Assembly: GCA_035399245.1 (NCBI GenBank)
Contig: DAOPIR010000001.1
Span: forward strand, 1,116-65,115
Direction of reading: 5' to 3'
Length of the DNA stretch: 64,000 bases
Source: Candidatus Limiplasma sp.
Lineage (GTDB): Bacteria; Bacillota; Clostridia; Christensenellales; Aristaeellaceae
Shown: one piece after another, positions 18,184 to 27,593 of the stretch
How positions within the stretch are numbered: position 1 is the first letter of the stretch
Layout of the letters: each line of letters begins with the position of its first letter
The notes under the pieces: model-generated
Told to the model about the DNA's origin: nothing
Seen by the model: the letters and a program-made list of their open reading frames with translations, nothing else
The model's database searches: none
Position numbers and translations under genes: made by a program

Positions 18184-20166
18184 ATGTATTGCAAACGGTG
18201 CGGTAACTATCTGCCGGATGACGCGGTGATGTGCGACATCTGCGGCGAAATGGCACACCGGGACAACGGAGACCTGGGCGTGCGCAGCATGCGCCAGGGC
18301 CGCCGGGGTGATGCGCCGCCGCAGGTGCTGCCCGATGAAAAGCGCGACAGCATACCGGAGTACGGGGATTACGAAATGTCGCCTCTGCCGCCGGAGCAAA
18401 AGCGCAACGTACGCCGCATGAACACCAAAAAATCGGACGGGCTCAGCCGCCCCGATACGCGCAGCGGCGTTCCCGTGCATGGCAGCATGATGACCCGCTA
18501 CGTTACCACCAGCCGCAAAAAAGCCAAGGGCATGCAGTACCACCGCTTTAACTGGATGCTGCTTTTGGTTGTCATCGCCGCTGTGCTGGCCGCGGCCGTT
18601 GCGGGCTACTTTGTGTACATGAAGGTATCCGATCAGGGGCAGCGCATCACCGCCCGCAAACGCGTGCTGATGGCCACCGAGGAGACCCTGGAGCTGGCTG
18701 CCACCACCGATAACCTGCTGCTGACCGAGCAGGAAGATGTACTTGACAATTTTCTTTCCGTGCCGGCGCAGACCTATTGGCTGGTGGGGCAGGATTACGA
18801 AAGCATGGGCGATATGGAGCTGGCGATCAAGGCCTTCCGCATTGCCGATATTCTGGACCCCGAAAACTACGACGGGCTGTACCTGCTGGCCACGGTGTAC
18901 GAGCTGAACACGCAAAACGACCTGGCCGAAGCCGTGTATATGGACCTGATTACCAATATCAGCCCGTCGCGCTACGAGGCCTACACGGCCCTGATCACCC
19001 TCTTGATCAGCGAAGGGCGGGATCCCGAGGCCGCCGACCTGATGCTGCTGGCCTATGAAAACACGGGCCGCGAAACCTATCGCATACAGCGTGAGGACTT
19101 TATCCCCGAAACGCCGGAGGTAAACGCCGAGCAGACCGCCGGCCGCTACGAGCTGGCACAGAACATCGAGGTTACCTCGCCGCAGGGCTACGATATCTAT
19201 TACACCCTGGACGACGACGCCGTGCTGCCCGAGGACGGCATACTGCTGACCGGCGGCAGCGTGCTGATTACAGAAGGCACCTTCACGCTGCGCGCCGTAT
19301 GCGTGGTGGGCGACCTGCACTCCGACGAGCTTTCGGCGCAGTACATCGTGTATTATCCGTCGCCCGCCGCCCCCAAGGCCAACCTCGCCCCGGGCACCTA
19401 CAGCAAGTTGCGAAGCGTTAACCTGCGCGCGGGCGCCAAATCAGATAACTACAAAGAAAAAACCGAAGAGCAGCAGGCCAAGGAGGACGATCTGACCTTC
19501 TACTACACCTTTGACGGTTCCGATCCCGATCCCGATATCAGCCCGATTTACGACGGTACCGCCATCGACCTGCCCACCGGCCGTGTAACGCTGAAAGCCA
19601 TCGTGATCAACGGCTACGGCAAGGAGTCCTCCACGCTTGAAATCGGATACAAGTTTACGGTCAGCCCGTATCTGCCCGATCCCTACAGCAACGAGGACAC
19701 CTTCCAGAATTGTGAAATTGAAGACACGCAAATGGATGCGTTTATCGCCGCGTTCGGCGAGCCCGATGCCAAGGGCTCCATCCAGTACCTGTATTACGAA
19801 GGGCAGGCGCAGCAGCTGACCTACAGCTGGGGCACCGCCGTGTTTACCCTTTCGGGCAACCTGTGGGAGCTTGCCAGCGTAGACATGACGCGCAATATCT
19901 CCACCCCGCCGCGCGGCGTGGGCGTGGGCAATACCCTCAGCGAGATCACCGCCGCGTTTAAGGACTTCGGCATGCCCGACAACCAGGACGGCAGCCGCAA
20001 CCTGTACTACGCCGATCCGGACATCGGCAAAATCCTGATCAATGACGACGGCACCCGCATCATTCAATACACCACCGAAACGCTCTCCAGCAATGTGATG
20101 CAGCTGCAGTATTACATCGATACTCAGGGCGTGTGCTACCGCATCGTTAACTACTCCATCGAATAA
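18184..20166 (+). CDS. Zinc-ribbon / TM / TPR / chitobiase-C-like (FN3-associated) multidomain protein
   Basis: MYCKRCGNYLPDDAVMCDICG zinc ribbon, one TM helix (WMLLLVVIAAVLAAAVAGYFVY), TPR units, then two beta-rich repeats ending FTLRAVCVV and VTLKAIVING. RBS AAGGTGA. Confidence 0.7.
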   Translation: MYCKRCGNYLPDDAVMCDICGEMAHRDNGDLGVRSMRQGRRGDAPPQVLPDEKRDSIPEYGDYEMSPLPPEQKRNVRRMNTKKSDGLSRPDTRSGVPVHGSMMTRYVTTSRKKAKGMQYHRFNWMLLLVVIAAVLAAAVAGYFVYMKVSDQGQRITARKRVLMATEETLELAATTDNLLLTEQEDVLDNFLSVPAQTYWLVGQDYESMGDMELAIKAFRIADILDPENYDGLYLLATVYELNTQNDLAEAVYMDLITNISPSRYEAYTALITLLISEGRDPEAADLMLLAYENTGRETYRIQREDFIPETPEVNAEQTAGRYELAQNIEVTSPQGYDIYYTLDDDAVLPEDGILLTGGSVLITEGTFTLRAVCVVGDLHSDELSAQYIVYYPSPAAPKANLAPGTYSKLRSVNLRAGAKSDNYKEKTEEQQAKEDDLTFYYTFDGSDPDPDISPIYDGTAIDLPTGRVTLKAIVINGYGKESSTLEIGYKFTVSPYLPDPYSNEDTFQNCEIEDTQMDAFIAAFGEPDAKGSIQYLYYEGQAQQLTYSWGTAVFTLSGNLWELASVDMTRNISTPPRGVGVGNTLSEITAAFKDFGMPDNQDGSRNLYYADPDIGKILINDDGTRIIQYTTETLSSNVMQLQYYIDTQGVCYRIVNYSIE

Positions 20167-20187
20167 AGACCGGTTTCCGGCTCCGAT

Positions 20188-20224
20188 AAACGCCTTGGCC
20201 GCCTGTACGCCAAGGCGTTTTTTT
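20188..20224 (+). terminator. Intrinsic terminator
   Basis: AAACGCCTTGGC-cgcctgtac-GCCAAGGCGTTT forms a 12-bp perfect stem followed by a T-run. Confidence 0.85.
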
Positions 20225-20319
20225 GCTGTACGCTTATTTTATATCGATTATAAATCGCTTTTTGTTGCTTTATTAACAGTATCATAGCAGAATACTTTTT
20301 GTACTAATTACTACTTATA

Positions 20320-21116
20320 ATGATCTTGCTCTTGCTGGCAGGCAGCTATGCTTACCTGATCCGCCGTACTGCCGCTTGCCCTGATGAGCTGCCTGAACGG
20401 CTTTCGGCAGCTGCCGGCCGTGATGGTTCCGCTGCTGGCGACCGTGTGTATAAGCGCGCTTACCGCAGTATTATCTGCCGGCTTTCGTATGGTTGTTCCC
20501 GTTTCTCGGGCTGCAACTGGACAGGCTGCCGTCGTCCGTACGGCGGATAACGGGGCGGCAGGCGGTGGTTGCGCTGGCCTGCCTATGCCTGCTGTGCGGC
20601 GGCGTGTACAACAACCTGTACTTTCTCGATCCGGACGACAAGCAGGTGCAGTATGATATCGGCATCGATATCGATACGCTGGACCATATGCAGGGCACGG
20701 TCGATTTCATCAAGGAAAACGAGCTGGACGTCGGTTATGCGGAATTCCGGAGCGCCAATATCGTAACCGAGGCCACCAACGGCCGCACGGCGATGATCCC
20801 GATCGACTACGACACCCGCTACAACGTGCTGGTCTATCACGATTGCCTGACCAATCCGCAAAACTGCAGTGCGGAGTTCATCGAAGATGAATCCGTATTC
20901 CTTCTCGCCACAATCGCGCAAAGCGGATTTTTCAGCGCAACGGAGCTTGCGCCCTATGGCACTGAGGGCTATGAGGACGCCTATTACAGGATTTATCTTT
21001 TCGATTTCCCCGACGAGATATGGGAGCATCCTGCACGCTCCTCCGCCGGGCAAGGCGGAACGCACATTAAAAGGCAGACGGTATGTCTGCCCAATACCCT
21101 GCCCGGGACGGCGTAA
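20320..21116 (+). pseudogene. Probable frameshifted 3' remnant of a large membrane protein (alternatively a 207-aa TTG-started membrane-anchored protein, 20493-21116)
   Basis: Three successive overlapping frames each encode TM-like segments (MILLLLAGSYAYLI; LPAVMVPLLATVCISALTAVLSAGF; QAVVALACLCLLCGGVY), followed by a roughly 170-aa soluble tail. No ATG or RBS for the long frame. Preceded by about 95 nt of AT-rich DNA. Confidence 0.35.
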
Positions 21117-21228
21117 CCATCGCAGCGGCCCCGGCAGGGTTCGCAAAGGATTGCCCTCTATCACGGACTTAGTCTACCACAGGTATGTTAACCCGCCGTC
21201 ATGGACAGATAAAGCTTTGGTAAAAGAT

Positions 21229-21260
21229 AGCCGCCGCTGCATCATGCGGCGGCGGTTTTT
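21229..21260. terminator. GC hairpin with T-run, likely bidirectional terminator between convergent genes
   Basis: CCGCCGC-tgcatcat-GCGGCGG followed by CGGTTTTT on the plus strand. An A-rich tract precedes it, giving a T-rich tail on the minus strand. Confidence 0.65.
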
Positions 21261-21263
21261 CCG

Positions 21264-21500
21264 TTATGCGTTGACAGCGCCGAGGATAAACAGAAGAACC
21301 GCGGCCGCCAGCCCGATGCTGCCGAACACGATGCTGGTTACGGCGGCGGATTTGTCGCTGGGCTCCTTGCCGCCCAAAAACATCTTGAGCTTCTGTTTCA
21401 CGAGCTTAAGCAGGCCCTGTGGCTTGCCAATGCCGATCACAAGGCAAAACAGGCCGTATGCCGCGCAGGCAATTCCTCCGATCAGGTATCCGGTTTCCAT
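21264..21500 (-). CDS. Small two-TM membrane protein (78 aa), last gene of the ABC operon
   Basis: METGYLIGGIACAAYGLFCLVIG...IVFGSIGLAAAVLLFILGAVNA. AAAGGAGGA precedes ATG 21500. Confidence 0.6.
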   Translation of the reverse strand: METGYLIGGIACAAYGLFCLVIGIGKPQGLLKLVKQKLKMFLGGKEPSDKSAAVTSIVFGSIGLAAAVLLFILGAVNA

Positions 21501-21513
21501 AGCTTTTCCTCCT

Positions 21514-22506
21514 TTATTGCAGCGATTTTCGAATATTACCAAGACACAGCTTGAATACGACGCCCGAGATCAGCAGGATGAACGCGGTGTACATCAGCGT
21601 GCTGCCCCAGCCGGACGTACCCTGAATGACCTCCGAAATGCCGCGGTACGCCCAGTAAAACGGGCTCCACATCACGGTGAAGTGCCATGCGGGATCGGCC
21701 AGCTCGTACACCAGCACCGAAGCCGCCAGCGGTAAAAACAGCATCTTCACGCTGCCCGCCGCCTCGATAAAATCAGTGGAGGCCAGCCCGATCACGAACG
21801 CGACGATGATGGAAATCATCGCGTTGGCGAGGATCAGCAGCAGCATCTGCCCCCAGTTGATAGCCGTCATCCCCAGGATGAGCAGCACGCCCACCGAGGT
21901 AACGATCAGCGCGATCACCCCGATCAGGCTTTTGGAGATCACGTACAGCCATTGCGGGATCGGCGTTACATCGGCGGCCTTGATGGTCTGGTCGGCCTTC
22001 TCGTCCACCAGCCCCAGCGAGATCAGCATCGCCGTGATCACGCTGACCATCAGCAGCAGCACGATCGAAAGCGCCCGCTTGAGCGGCGAGGTTTCGTCGC
22101 GGAAGGAAAGGAAGGTAAGGTTTCCGCCCGCACCGGCCGATGTGCCCGTTTCCGCCATCGCCACCAGCAGCTTGGCCAGGGTAAGGCTCTCCTCGGTTTC
22201 GTTGCCCTGCCGCACGATGGCGCCGTCCGCCGTGAGGCCGATCACCGCATCACGCCGCAGCACGCGCTCCTCCACGGCATCCGTACCGTCCACCGTTTCC
22301 ACGGCGGCATACTGCGACAGCGTATCGATCGTCTCCTGCCCGACCGCCTTATCCACGGCCAGCGTAACCGTGGTATCACTGATCCCGGGCGCGATCCATA
22401 GGATCACCAGCGCCAGCACCAGCGGCATCAGCACCATCCACAGGGCCATGGGATCTTTAAGGGATATCTTCAAATCGCGCTGTAACACGCTGATTGCTTT
22501 TTTCAT
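21514..22506 (-). CDS. ABC-2 type transporter permease
   Basis: 330-aa ORF with one N-terminal TM, a large extracytoplasmic loop and five C-terminal TMs, the ABC-2 exporter architecture. Starts 3 nt after the previous permease. Confidence 0.75.
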   Translation of the reverse strand: MKKAISVLQRDLKISLKDPMALWMVLMPLVLALVILWIAPGISDTTVTLAVDKAVGQETIDTLSQYAAVETVDGTDAVEERVLRRDAVIGLTADGAIVRQGNETEESLTLAKLLVAMAETGTSAGAGGNLTFLSFRDETSPLKRALSIVLLLMVSVITAMLISLGLVDEKADQTIKAADVTPIPQWLYVISKSLIGVIALIVTSVGVLLILGMTAINWGQMLLLILANAMISIIVAFVIGLASTDFIEAAGSVKMLFLPLAASVLVYELADPAWHFTVMWSPFYWAYRGISEVIQGTSGWGSTLMYTAFILLISGVVFKLCLGNIRKSLQ

Positions 22507-22509
22507 GCG

Positions 22510-23694
22510 TCACACCCCCAAGCTCTTGCGGTAGCGGATATCCGACCACCAGAGAAACACAGCCGAAAGCACCGCCATCCCCGCGCACACCAGCAGCACA
22601 TAGCCCGTGTCGGGCGTCCTGAGCAGCGTCTCTTTCACGGCCTGCAGTATGGGATAGGTCGGCAGCAGCTTCATCCACAGCGGCGCGAAGCCGGGGAGAA
22701 TGTAGGACATCGACGGTAATAACAGCAGCACCATCAGCATGATGATGACGCCGAACGCGGACTTGAGATCCTCAAAGAACGAGGCAACCCACAGCCCGAT
22801 CATGCACGAGAGCACCGATACCAGCGCTGCCGTGAGGATGAACAGCAAATAATTGGGCTGTGCGCCCATCACGGGGATGGTGACCACCAGCGAGGACAGC
22901 AGCGACATCGTGAGCACCACCAGTACCTTGCTGAAAAGATAGGTGCGTGTGTGCATGGGCGTAAGCGCCATGGCGCGGATGAGGCCGGAGGATTTATCCA
23001 GCGTCAGGTAAGCAATCACTACCAGCATGCCCATCAGTCCGTTCATGATCACCACAGCCAGCGGCATATAGCTCTGGCGGTTGTTAAGCGCGTTTTCCGC
23101 CCCGAGGGTGATCACCTGCCGGCTGTCGATGGCGGCCAGCAGGGCGGGCGTATCGCCGGTGCCCATCATCGCGGTGATGAGGTTTACGTAGCGCTGGCTT
23201 TCCGAGCCGAACAGCAGCAGCTGATAGCACAGCTGACCGCTGTTGTCCAGGCTGATCACGACCGAGTACACCTTTTCGGTCTTGGCCATGCGGAGCAGAT
23301 CGTCAAAGCTGTCCAGCACGTACAGCGTTTTTTCGTGCCTGCCGCTCCCGGCGTCAAAGTACTCCCACGTTTCCACCGACAGGGTTTTTTTATCGTCGTA
23401 GGTCTTTTCATATTTCTCGCCCGTTTGCTCGTCGTAATACACGAGGGTATCGGGCTTCAGCCGCACCCCGGTATCCTCCGCCTGCACGTAGCCGCCTTCT
23501 CCGGCAAGCATCGTGCGCACCGTTTCGGCCGGTACCGCGGCATACACCGCCTCGTACGAAACGTTGGTAGCCTCCGTGGGCACGAACAGCAGGATGCAGG
23601 CCAGCAGGATGGCAGCCATGAGGATTTCCATGTAGAAATAAAACCCGCGAGACGCAATTTTCATTTCCTTCAGGTAGTTATTCCACAGCTTCAT
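22510..23694 (-). CDS. ABC-2 type transporter permease
   Basis: 394-aa ORF with the same TM-loop-5TM architecture. Overlaps the ATPase gene end by 17 nt. Confidence 0.75.
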   Translation of the reverse strand: MKLWNNYLKEMKIASRGFYFYMEILMAAILLACILLFVPTEATNVSYEAVYAAVPAETVRTMLAGEGGYVQAEDTGVRLKPDTLVYYDEQTGEKYEKTYDDKKTLSVETWEYFDAGSGRHEKTLYVLDSFDDLLRMAKTEKVYSVVISLDNSGQLCYQLLLFGSESQRYVNLITAMMGTGDTPALLAAIDSRQVITLGAENALNNRQSYMPLAVVIMNGLMGMLVVIAYLTLDKSSGLIRAMALTPMHTRTYLFSKVLVVLTMSLLSSLVVTIPVMGAQPNYLLFILTAALVSVLSCMIGLWVASFFEDLKSAFGVIIMLMVLLLLPSMSYILPGFAPLWMKLLPTYPILQAVKETLLRTPDTGYVLLVCAGMAVLSAVFLWWSDIRYRKSLGV

Positions 23695-24556
23695 CCGCCG
23701 TCAGCCCCTTTCCGGTCACCCGAATGAAGATTTCCTCCAGCGTGGCTTCCTTGGAGTGCATGGTAATGATTTCGCAGGTGTTGATGATCTGCGTCAGGCG
23801 CGCCTTGTCCTTATCGGATATGAGCGCCAGCGTTTCCTTTTTGGCTGTGCCGCCCTCGCGGAACTTCACGGCCACGGTCTTGTGCCCGTACTGCAGCTTG
23901 AGCGCCATGGGGCTGTCGATCAGCTTGATCTCGCCGTCCACGATAAAGGCCACGCGGTCGCACAGCTCGTCGGCGATAAACATATTATGCGTGGTTAAAA
24001 ACGTGGTCACGCCGTTTTCTTTTTCCCTGCGGATGATCTCCTTGATCTGCGCGGCGATGGCGGGGTCAAGGCCCGTGGTGGGCTCGTCCAGAAACCACAT
24101 GGCGGGGTTGTTGAGCAGGGAGCGCGCAAACGTCAGCCGGTGCTTCATCCCCTTGGAAAATGCGCCGGCCTTCATGTTTTCCTTGCCGCCCAGCCCCACC
24201 ATGTCGATCAGCTCGCGCGGATCGCGCGTAGGCACGTCAAACAGCTTTGCATAGTAGCGCAGGTTTTCCTCGGCGGTCAGCTTGGAGTAGAGGTTGGACT
24301 GCTCAAAGCTCATGCCGATGCGGTTGAAACGCTTTTTGTCCTCCCTGTGCAGGTCGTAGCCATCCACCACCGCCTCGCCCTTTTGCAGCGGCAGCAGCCC
24401 CGTCAGGATACCCTGCGTGGTGCTTTTGCCCGCGCCCGAAGGCCCCAGAAACCCGAATATTTCGCCCTTGCCGATCTCAAACGAGAGTTCCTTCACGGCG
24501 CAGCGCTCGCTGCCCGCATACGAATAGAACAGGTCTTTTACATGGATCATGGTCAT
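23678..24556 (-). CDS. ABC transporter ATP-binding protein
   Basis: Walker A GPSGAGKST, signature FSKGMKHRL, Walker B WFLDEPTTGLD, H-loop TTH. Confidence 0.9.
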   Translation of the reverse strand: MTMIHVKDLFYSYAGSERCAVKELSFEIGKGEIFGFLGPSGAGKSTTQGILTGLLPLQKGEAVVDGYDLHREDKKRFNRIGMSFEQSNLYSKLTAEENLRYYAKLFDVPTRDPRELIDMVGLGGKENMKAGAFSKGMKHRLTFARSLLNNPAMWFLDEPTTGLDPAIAAQIKEIIRREKENGVTTFLTTHNMFIADELCDRVAFIVDGEIKLIDSPMALKLQYGHKTVAVKFREGGTAKKETLALISDKDKARLTQIINTCEIITMHSKEATLEEIFIRVTGKGLTADEAVE

Positions 24557-25185
24557 TTCCCCCTTGTAATCCCGTGCAGCGTTACCTGCACGCCGAGCTC
24601 ATAAAGCGTTTCCAGATCGTCCTGGCCCATCTCCCGATTGGGTTTTTGGGCAATCAGGTATTCGATGATGGTCGCGTTGATGTTGGTCAGCAGCTTGAAC
24701 AGCAGCTCCGGCGTCATCCCCGCCACCACTTCGCCGTTGTCCACGGCGCGGCTTACGGTTTGGTACAGCCAGACCGCCAGCTCGCTTTTTTCCGCGCTGG
24801 CAAGCATCCTGTGGTACAGCGCCGAGTTTTCCATCTGCAAAATGCTCTGCGCGCAGCGGAAATACGCCTCGTTTTCCAGCCCAAAGCGCAGCCCGCCGGT
24901 ATACATCGCGCGGATACAGCTCTCCAGGTCGTCGCCCGCCGCCTCGTCGATCGCGCGCTGCATGTACGCTATTTTCCGCCGGCCCGCTTCCATACCGACG
25001 AACACGAACAGATCGTCCAGATCCTCAAAATACTGGTAAAAGCTGCCCGTAGCAATGCCCGCGTCCTTTACGATGCGGGTGACGCTGGCCTTGTCGAAGC
25101 CGTTTTCGGCAATCTCGCGCAGCGCGGCGTTAAGAATGCGCCGCTGCTTTTCCTCTTTCAGGTTGAAATACGTTTCCTTGGGCAA
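24553..25185 (-). CDS. TetR/AcrR family transcriptional regulator
   Basis: N-terminal HTH ILNAALREIAENGFDKASVTRIVKDAGIATGSFYQYFEDLDDLF. TTG start lies 5 nt after GAGGTGGA. ATGA overlap with the ATPase gene. Confidence 0.85.
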   Translation of the reverse strand: MPKETYFNLKEEKQRRILNAALREIAENGFDKASVTRIVKDAGIATGSFYQYFEDLDDLFVFVGMEAGRRKIAYMQRAIDEAAGDDLESCIRAMYTGGLRFGLENEAYFRCAQSILQMENSALYHRMLASAEKSELAVWLYQTVSRAVDNGEVVAGMTPELLFKLLTNINATIIEYLIAQKPNREMGQDDLETLYELGVQVTLHGITRGK

Positions 25186-25219
25186 GGAATTCCACCTCGA
25201 TTGATTTCGTTTGTTAATG

Positions 25220-25241
25220 AATGTGAATTCATATTCACATT
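25220..25241. promoter_or_regulatory. Palindrome AATGTGAAT-tcat-ATTCACATT, candidate TetR operator
   Basis: Perfect 9-4-9 inverted repeat read directly. It overlaps the -10 box and predicted start site of the tetR-ABC operon promoter. Confidence 0.6.
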
Positions 25242-25267
25242 ATAGACAGCATTCATTTTGTTGTCAA
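25239..25267 (-). promoter_or_regulatory. Consensus sigma70 promoter of the tetR-ABC operon
   Basis: Minus strand reads TTGACA (25267-25262), a 17-nt spacer, then TATAAT (25244-25239). Confidence 0.7.
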
Positions 25268-25287
25268 GCATAGGATGAAAATTTTGT

Positions 25288-25617
25288 TTACGCTACCGTA
25301 CTGCCGTTATCCACGGGCCGCTCGGGGCACACCAGCACCGTACCCTGCGCCCCTTCTACGGCCAGCACGCGCACCGTGCTTTTCACCAGCCCGATATACA
25401 GCGGCGGCACGTTGACACAGCAGATGATCTGCCGGCCGATCAAATCCTCCGGCGCATAGAGCTTCGTGATCTGGGAGGACGTTTGTTTCACGCCGAGCTC
25501 ACCGCCGAAATCGATGGTCATGGCATAGGCGGGGTTGCGGGATTTGCGGTTGATTTTCACCGTCAGCACCGTGCCCACGCGGATATCCAGCCTGTCAAAA
25601 TCTTCCATGGTTATCAT
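25288..25617 (-). CDS. tRNA-binding (CsaA/EMAP-type OB-fold) domain protein
   Basis: FDRLDIRVGTVLTV...MTIDFGGELGVKQTSSQITKLY...LIGRQIICCVN is the CsaA-type tRNA-binding domain pattern. ATGA overlap with the upstream gene. Confidence 0.8.
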   Translation of the reverse strand: MITMEDFDRLDIRVGTVLTVKINRKSRNPAYAMTIDFGGELGVKQTSSQITKLYAPEDLIGRQIICCVNVPPLYIGLVKSTVRVLAVEGAQGTVLVCPERPVDNGSTVA

Positions 25618-27461
25618 TGTGCGATTTCCTCCGTGGGCAGGGCTTCCAGCAGGCCCGTATCGTGGTTAACCGCGTAGAGCGTGTTCGCCGTTATGCTGCC
25701 GTCCGCCGTCACAGCCCGGGCAATCGCGGTCTGCACATAGTCGTCCGCCTGGTACACCAGCACATAGTCATAGTCCGCAAGCTGCGCCTGCCACGCCTCC
25801 GCCGTTACGGGATACGTCCACGTATACTGCTTGTCCTCGGGGTCGCGCAGCCAGTAGGTGGCGCCGAGGTTTGTCTGGCGCGGATACAGCGCATAGCGCA
25901 GGGTATGGTAGGATGTGCCGTCGTCGTTCTGGCTGACGATGTACACGCGCGCGTCGTTAGCGATCACGCGCTGCGCTTCATCGGCCACGGCGTAATAGGT
26001 GTGGTATTTTTCGTTGGCGGATGCAAAATCGCGGCCGGTCAGCCCGGTCAGCGCACCGCTGCCCGCCAGCACCACACACACGCAGGCCAGCACCGTCAGC
26101 AAGTGCCGCCGCCATGTCCATCGCGGCGCATCGGCCAGCACCTTAAAGGCGGAAGCCGCGACGACCAGCCCCCAGTATACGTACCCGATGCTGAGCAGCC
26201 GCTGAAAGTTCAAAAGCTTTGCCGCGTCGTCCGCGCCGATGACAAACACATATGACAGCCACAGCCCGGCCGCAAACACCGCCGTAACCGCGGGCGCGAT
26301 CCACAGCGCCGTACGCACGTCCCGCAGGGTTTCCTTTGCCTGCAGGGCATGCACCAGCAGCGCCGTACCACACGCCAGCGCAATCGTAATCGCTAAAAAC
26401 GACGCGTACGCCGTAAACAGCGTGAACACCGTACCGCCGCCAAGCGTCAGTGCGACGCGGTACGATACCATCTTGGCCGTAAAGCTCTGCCAAAACAACG
26501 GCAAAATGCCCGCCGTCGCGCCGTGCAGGCTGAAGCCAGGGTGCAGCCACGAAAGCCTTGCCAACAGTACCCATGCCGCCGGCACGGCAAACAGCATGGT
26601 TCGCCGTCCGCGCGCCGATTGTTGATATCCCGCGTCGCGCCGCAGCGTAACGCCGTACAGTGCAAGCGCGGAAAGCGCAAAGTACAGTCCCGCGTCCTTT
26701 GCCAGCGTAAGCACAAACAGATACAGGCCAAGCCGGATTGCCCGCAGGGTAGATTTTTGCTGTGCCGCCGTCAGAAAACTAACCGCCGCGAGGATTGCCA
26801 GAAAGCCATCCGGATTGAGCGCGGAAAACAGATCAAACGCGTGCAGCGGAACGCACACCAGCACGAGGAAGAAAAGCAGTGTATAGCCCGCCCGCACCCA
26901 GCGTCTGGGATGGGTGACGGCCACAAGCGGCGTAAGCAGCGCCAGGCATGCCGTGCCGTAAGCCACGTACAGCAGCCAATCCGTAAAGCCCGCCCCGGGC
27001 GTAAACAGCGACTGGCTGACCTGGAAAACAGTCTGGAACACCGCCATCGCGGGCGCATAGGCAAGCGTGCCGGCGGCGGGCGTCAGGCTGCCGGTATAAA
27101 ACATCGCCTTGGCCATCAGCGCCCACTGGGTGTAATCTTCCTGCAAAAGCGGCATGCGGCCGCGGCTGCTGTACAACAGCCACGCAAATCCCAGTCCCAG
27201 CAGCAGCAGCGAAGCATCCCACTGCGGTTTCCACCGGCCGCGCAGGGTTTGGATCAGCCCGACAACGCCCAGCGCAGTCATGCCGAACACGCCCGCATAC
27301 ACGCTGAAGCGCAGCAGGCCGACCTGCGCGCACAGATAGGTATGCGCGATCAAAAACAGCACACTCAGCGGCACCATCTCCGCCACGCGCCGTTTCAGCA
27401 GCGCCGCCATAAACACCGCGCCGCCCGCAATTGCCATAAACACAAGCATGCTGCCCGCCAT
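25614..27461 (-). CDS. Large polytopic membrane protein with a C-terminal soluble domain (function unknown, GT-C-like guess), paralog A
   Basis: At least 12 hydrophobic helices followed by a soluble tail of about 150 aa ending ...ADYDYVLVYQADD.... GGGAGG sits 6 nt before ATG 27461, preferred to the track start at 27488. Confidence 0.7.
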   Translation of the reverse strand: MAGSMLVFMAIAGGAVFMAALLKRRVAEMVPLSVLFLIAHTYLCAQVGLLRFSVYAGVFGMTALGVVGLIQTLRGRWKPQWDASLLLLGLGFAWLLYSSRGRMPLLQEDYTQWALMAKAMFYTGSLTPAAGTLAYAPAMAVFQTVFQVSQSLFTPGAGFTDWLLYVAYGTACLALLTPLVAVTHPRRWVRAGYTLLFFLVLVCVPLHAFDLFSALNPDGFLAILAAVSFLTAAQQKSTLRAIRLGLYLFVLTLAKDAGLYFALSALALYGVTLRRDAGYQQSARGRRTMLFAVPAAWVLLARLSWLHPGFSLHGATAGILPLFWQSFTAKMVSYRVALTLGGGTVFTLFTAYASFLAITIALACGTALLVHALQAKETLRDVRTALWIAPAVTAVFAAGLWLSYVFVIGADDAAKLLNFQRLLSIGYVYWGLVVAASAFKVLADAPRWTWRRHLLTVLACVCVVLAGSGALTGLTGRDFASANEKYHTYYAVADEAQRVIANDARVYIVSQNDDGTSYHTLRYALYPRQTNLGATYWLRDPEDKQYTWTYPVTAEAWQAQLADYDYVLVYQADDYVQTAIARAVTADGSITANTLYAVNHDTGLLEALPTEEIAQ

Positions 27462-27535
27462 ACGCAACCTCCCGCCGTTTTCCTCCATTCTACCACAATT
27501 CGGGCAGAAAGGCTGTAAACAAGCATGCCCACCGA

Positions 27536-27564
27536 TTGACTTCCCGCGACAATCAAACTACAAT
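27536..27564 (+). promoter_or_regulatory. Sigma70-type promoter of paralog B
   Basis: TTGACT (27536-27541), a 17-nt spacer, then TACAAT (27559-27564). Confidence 0.55.
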
Positions 27565-27593
27565 ATTTCTATCATCCAGAAAAGGAGCGCACT

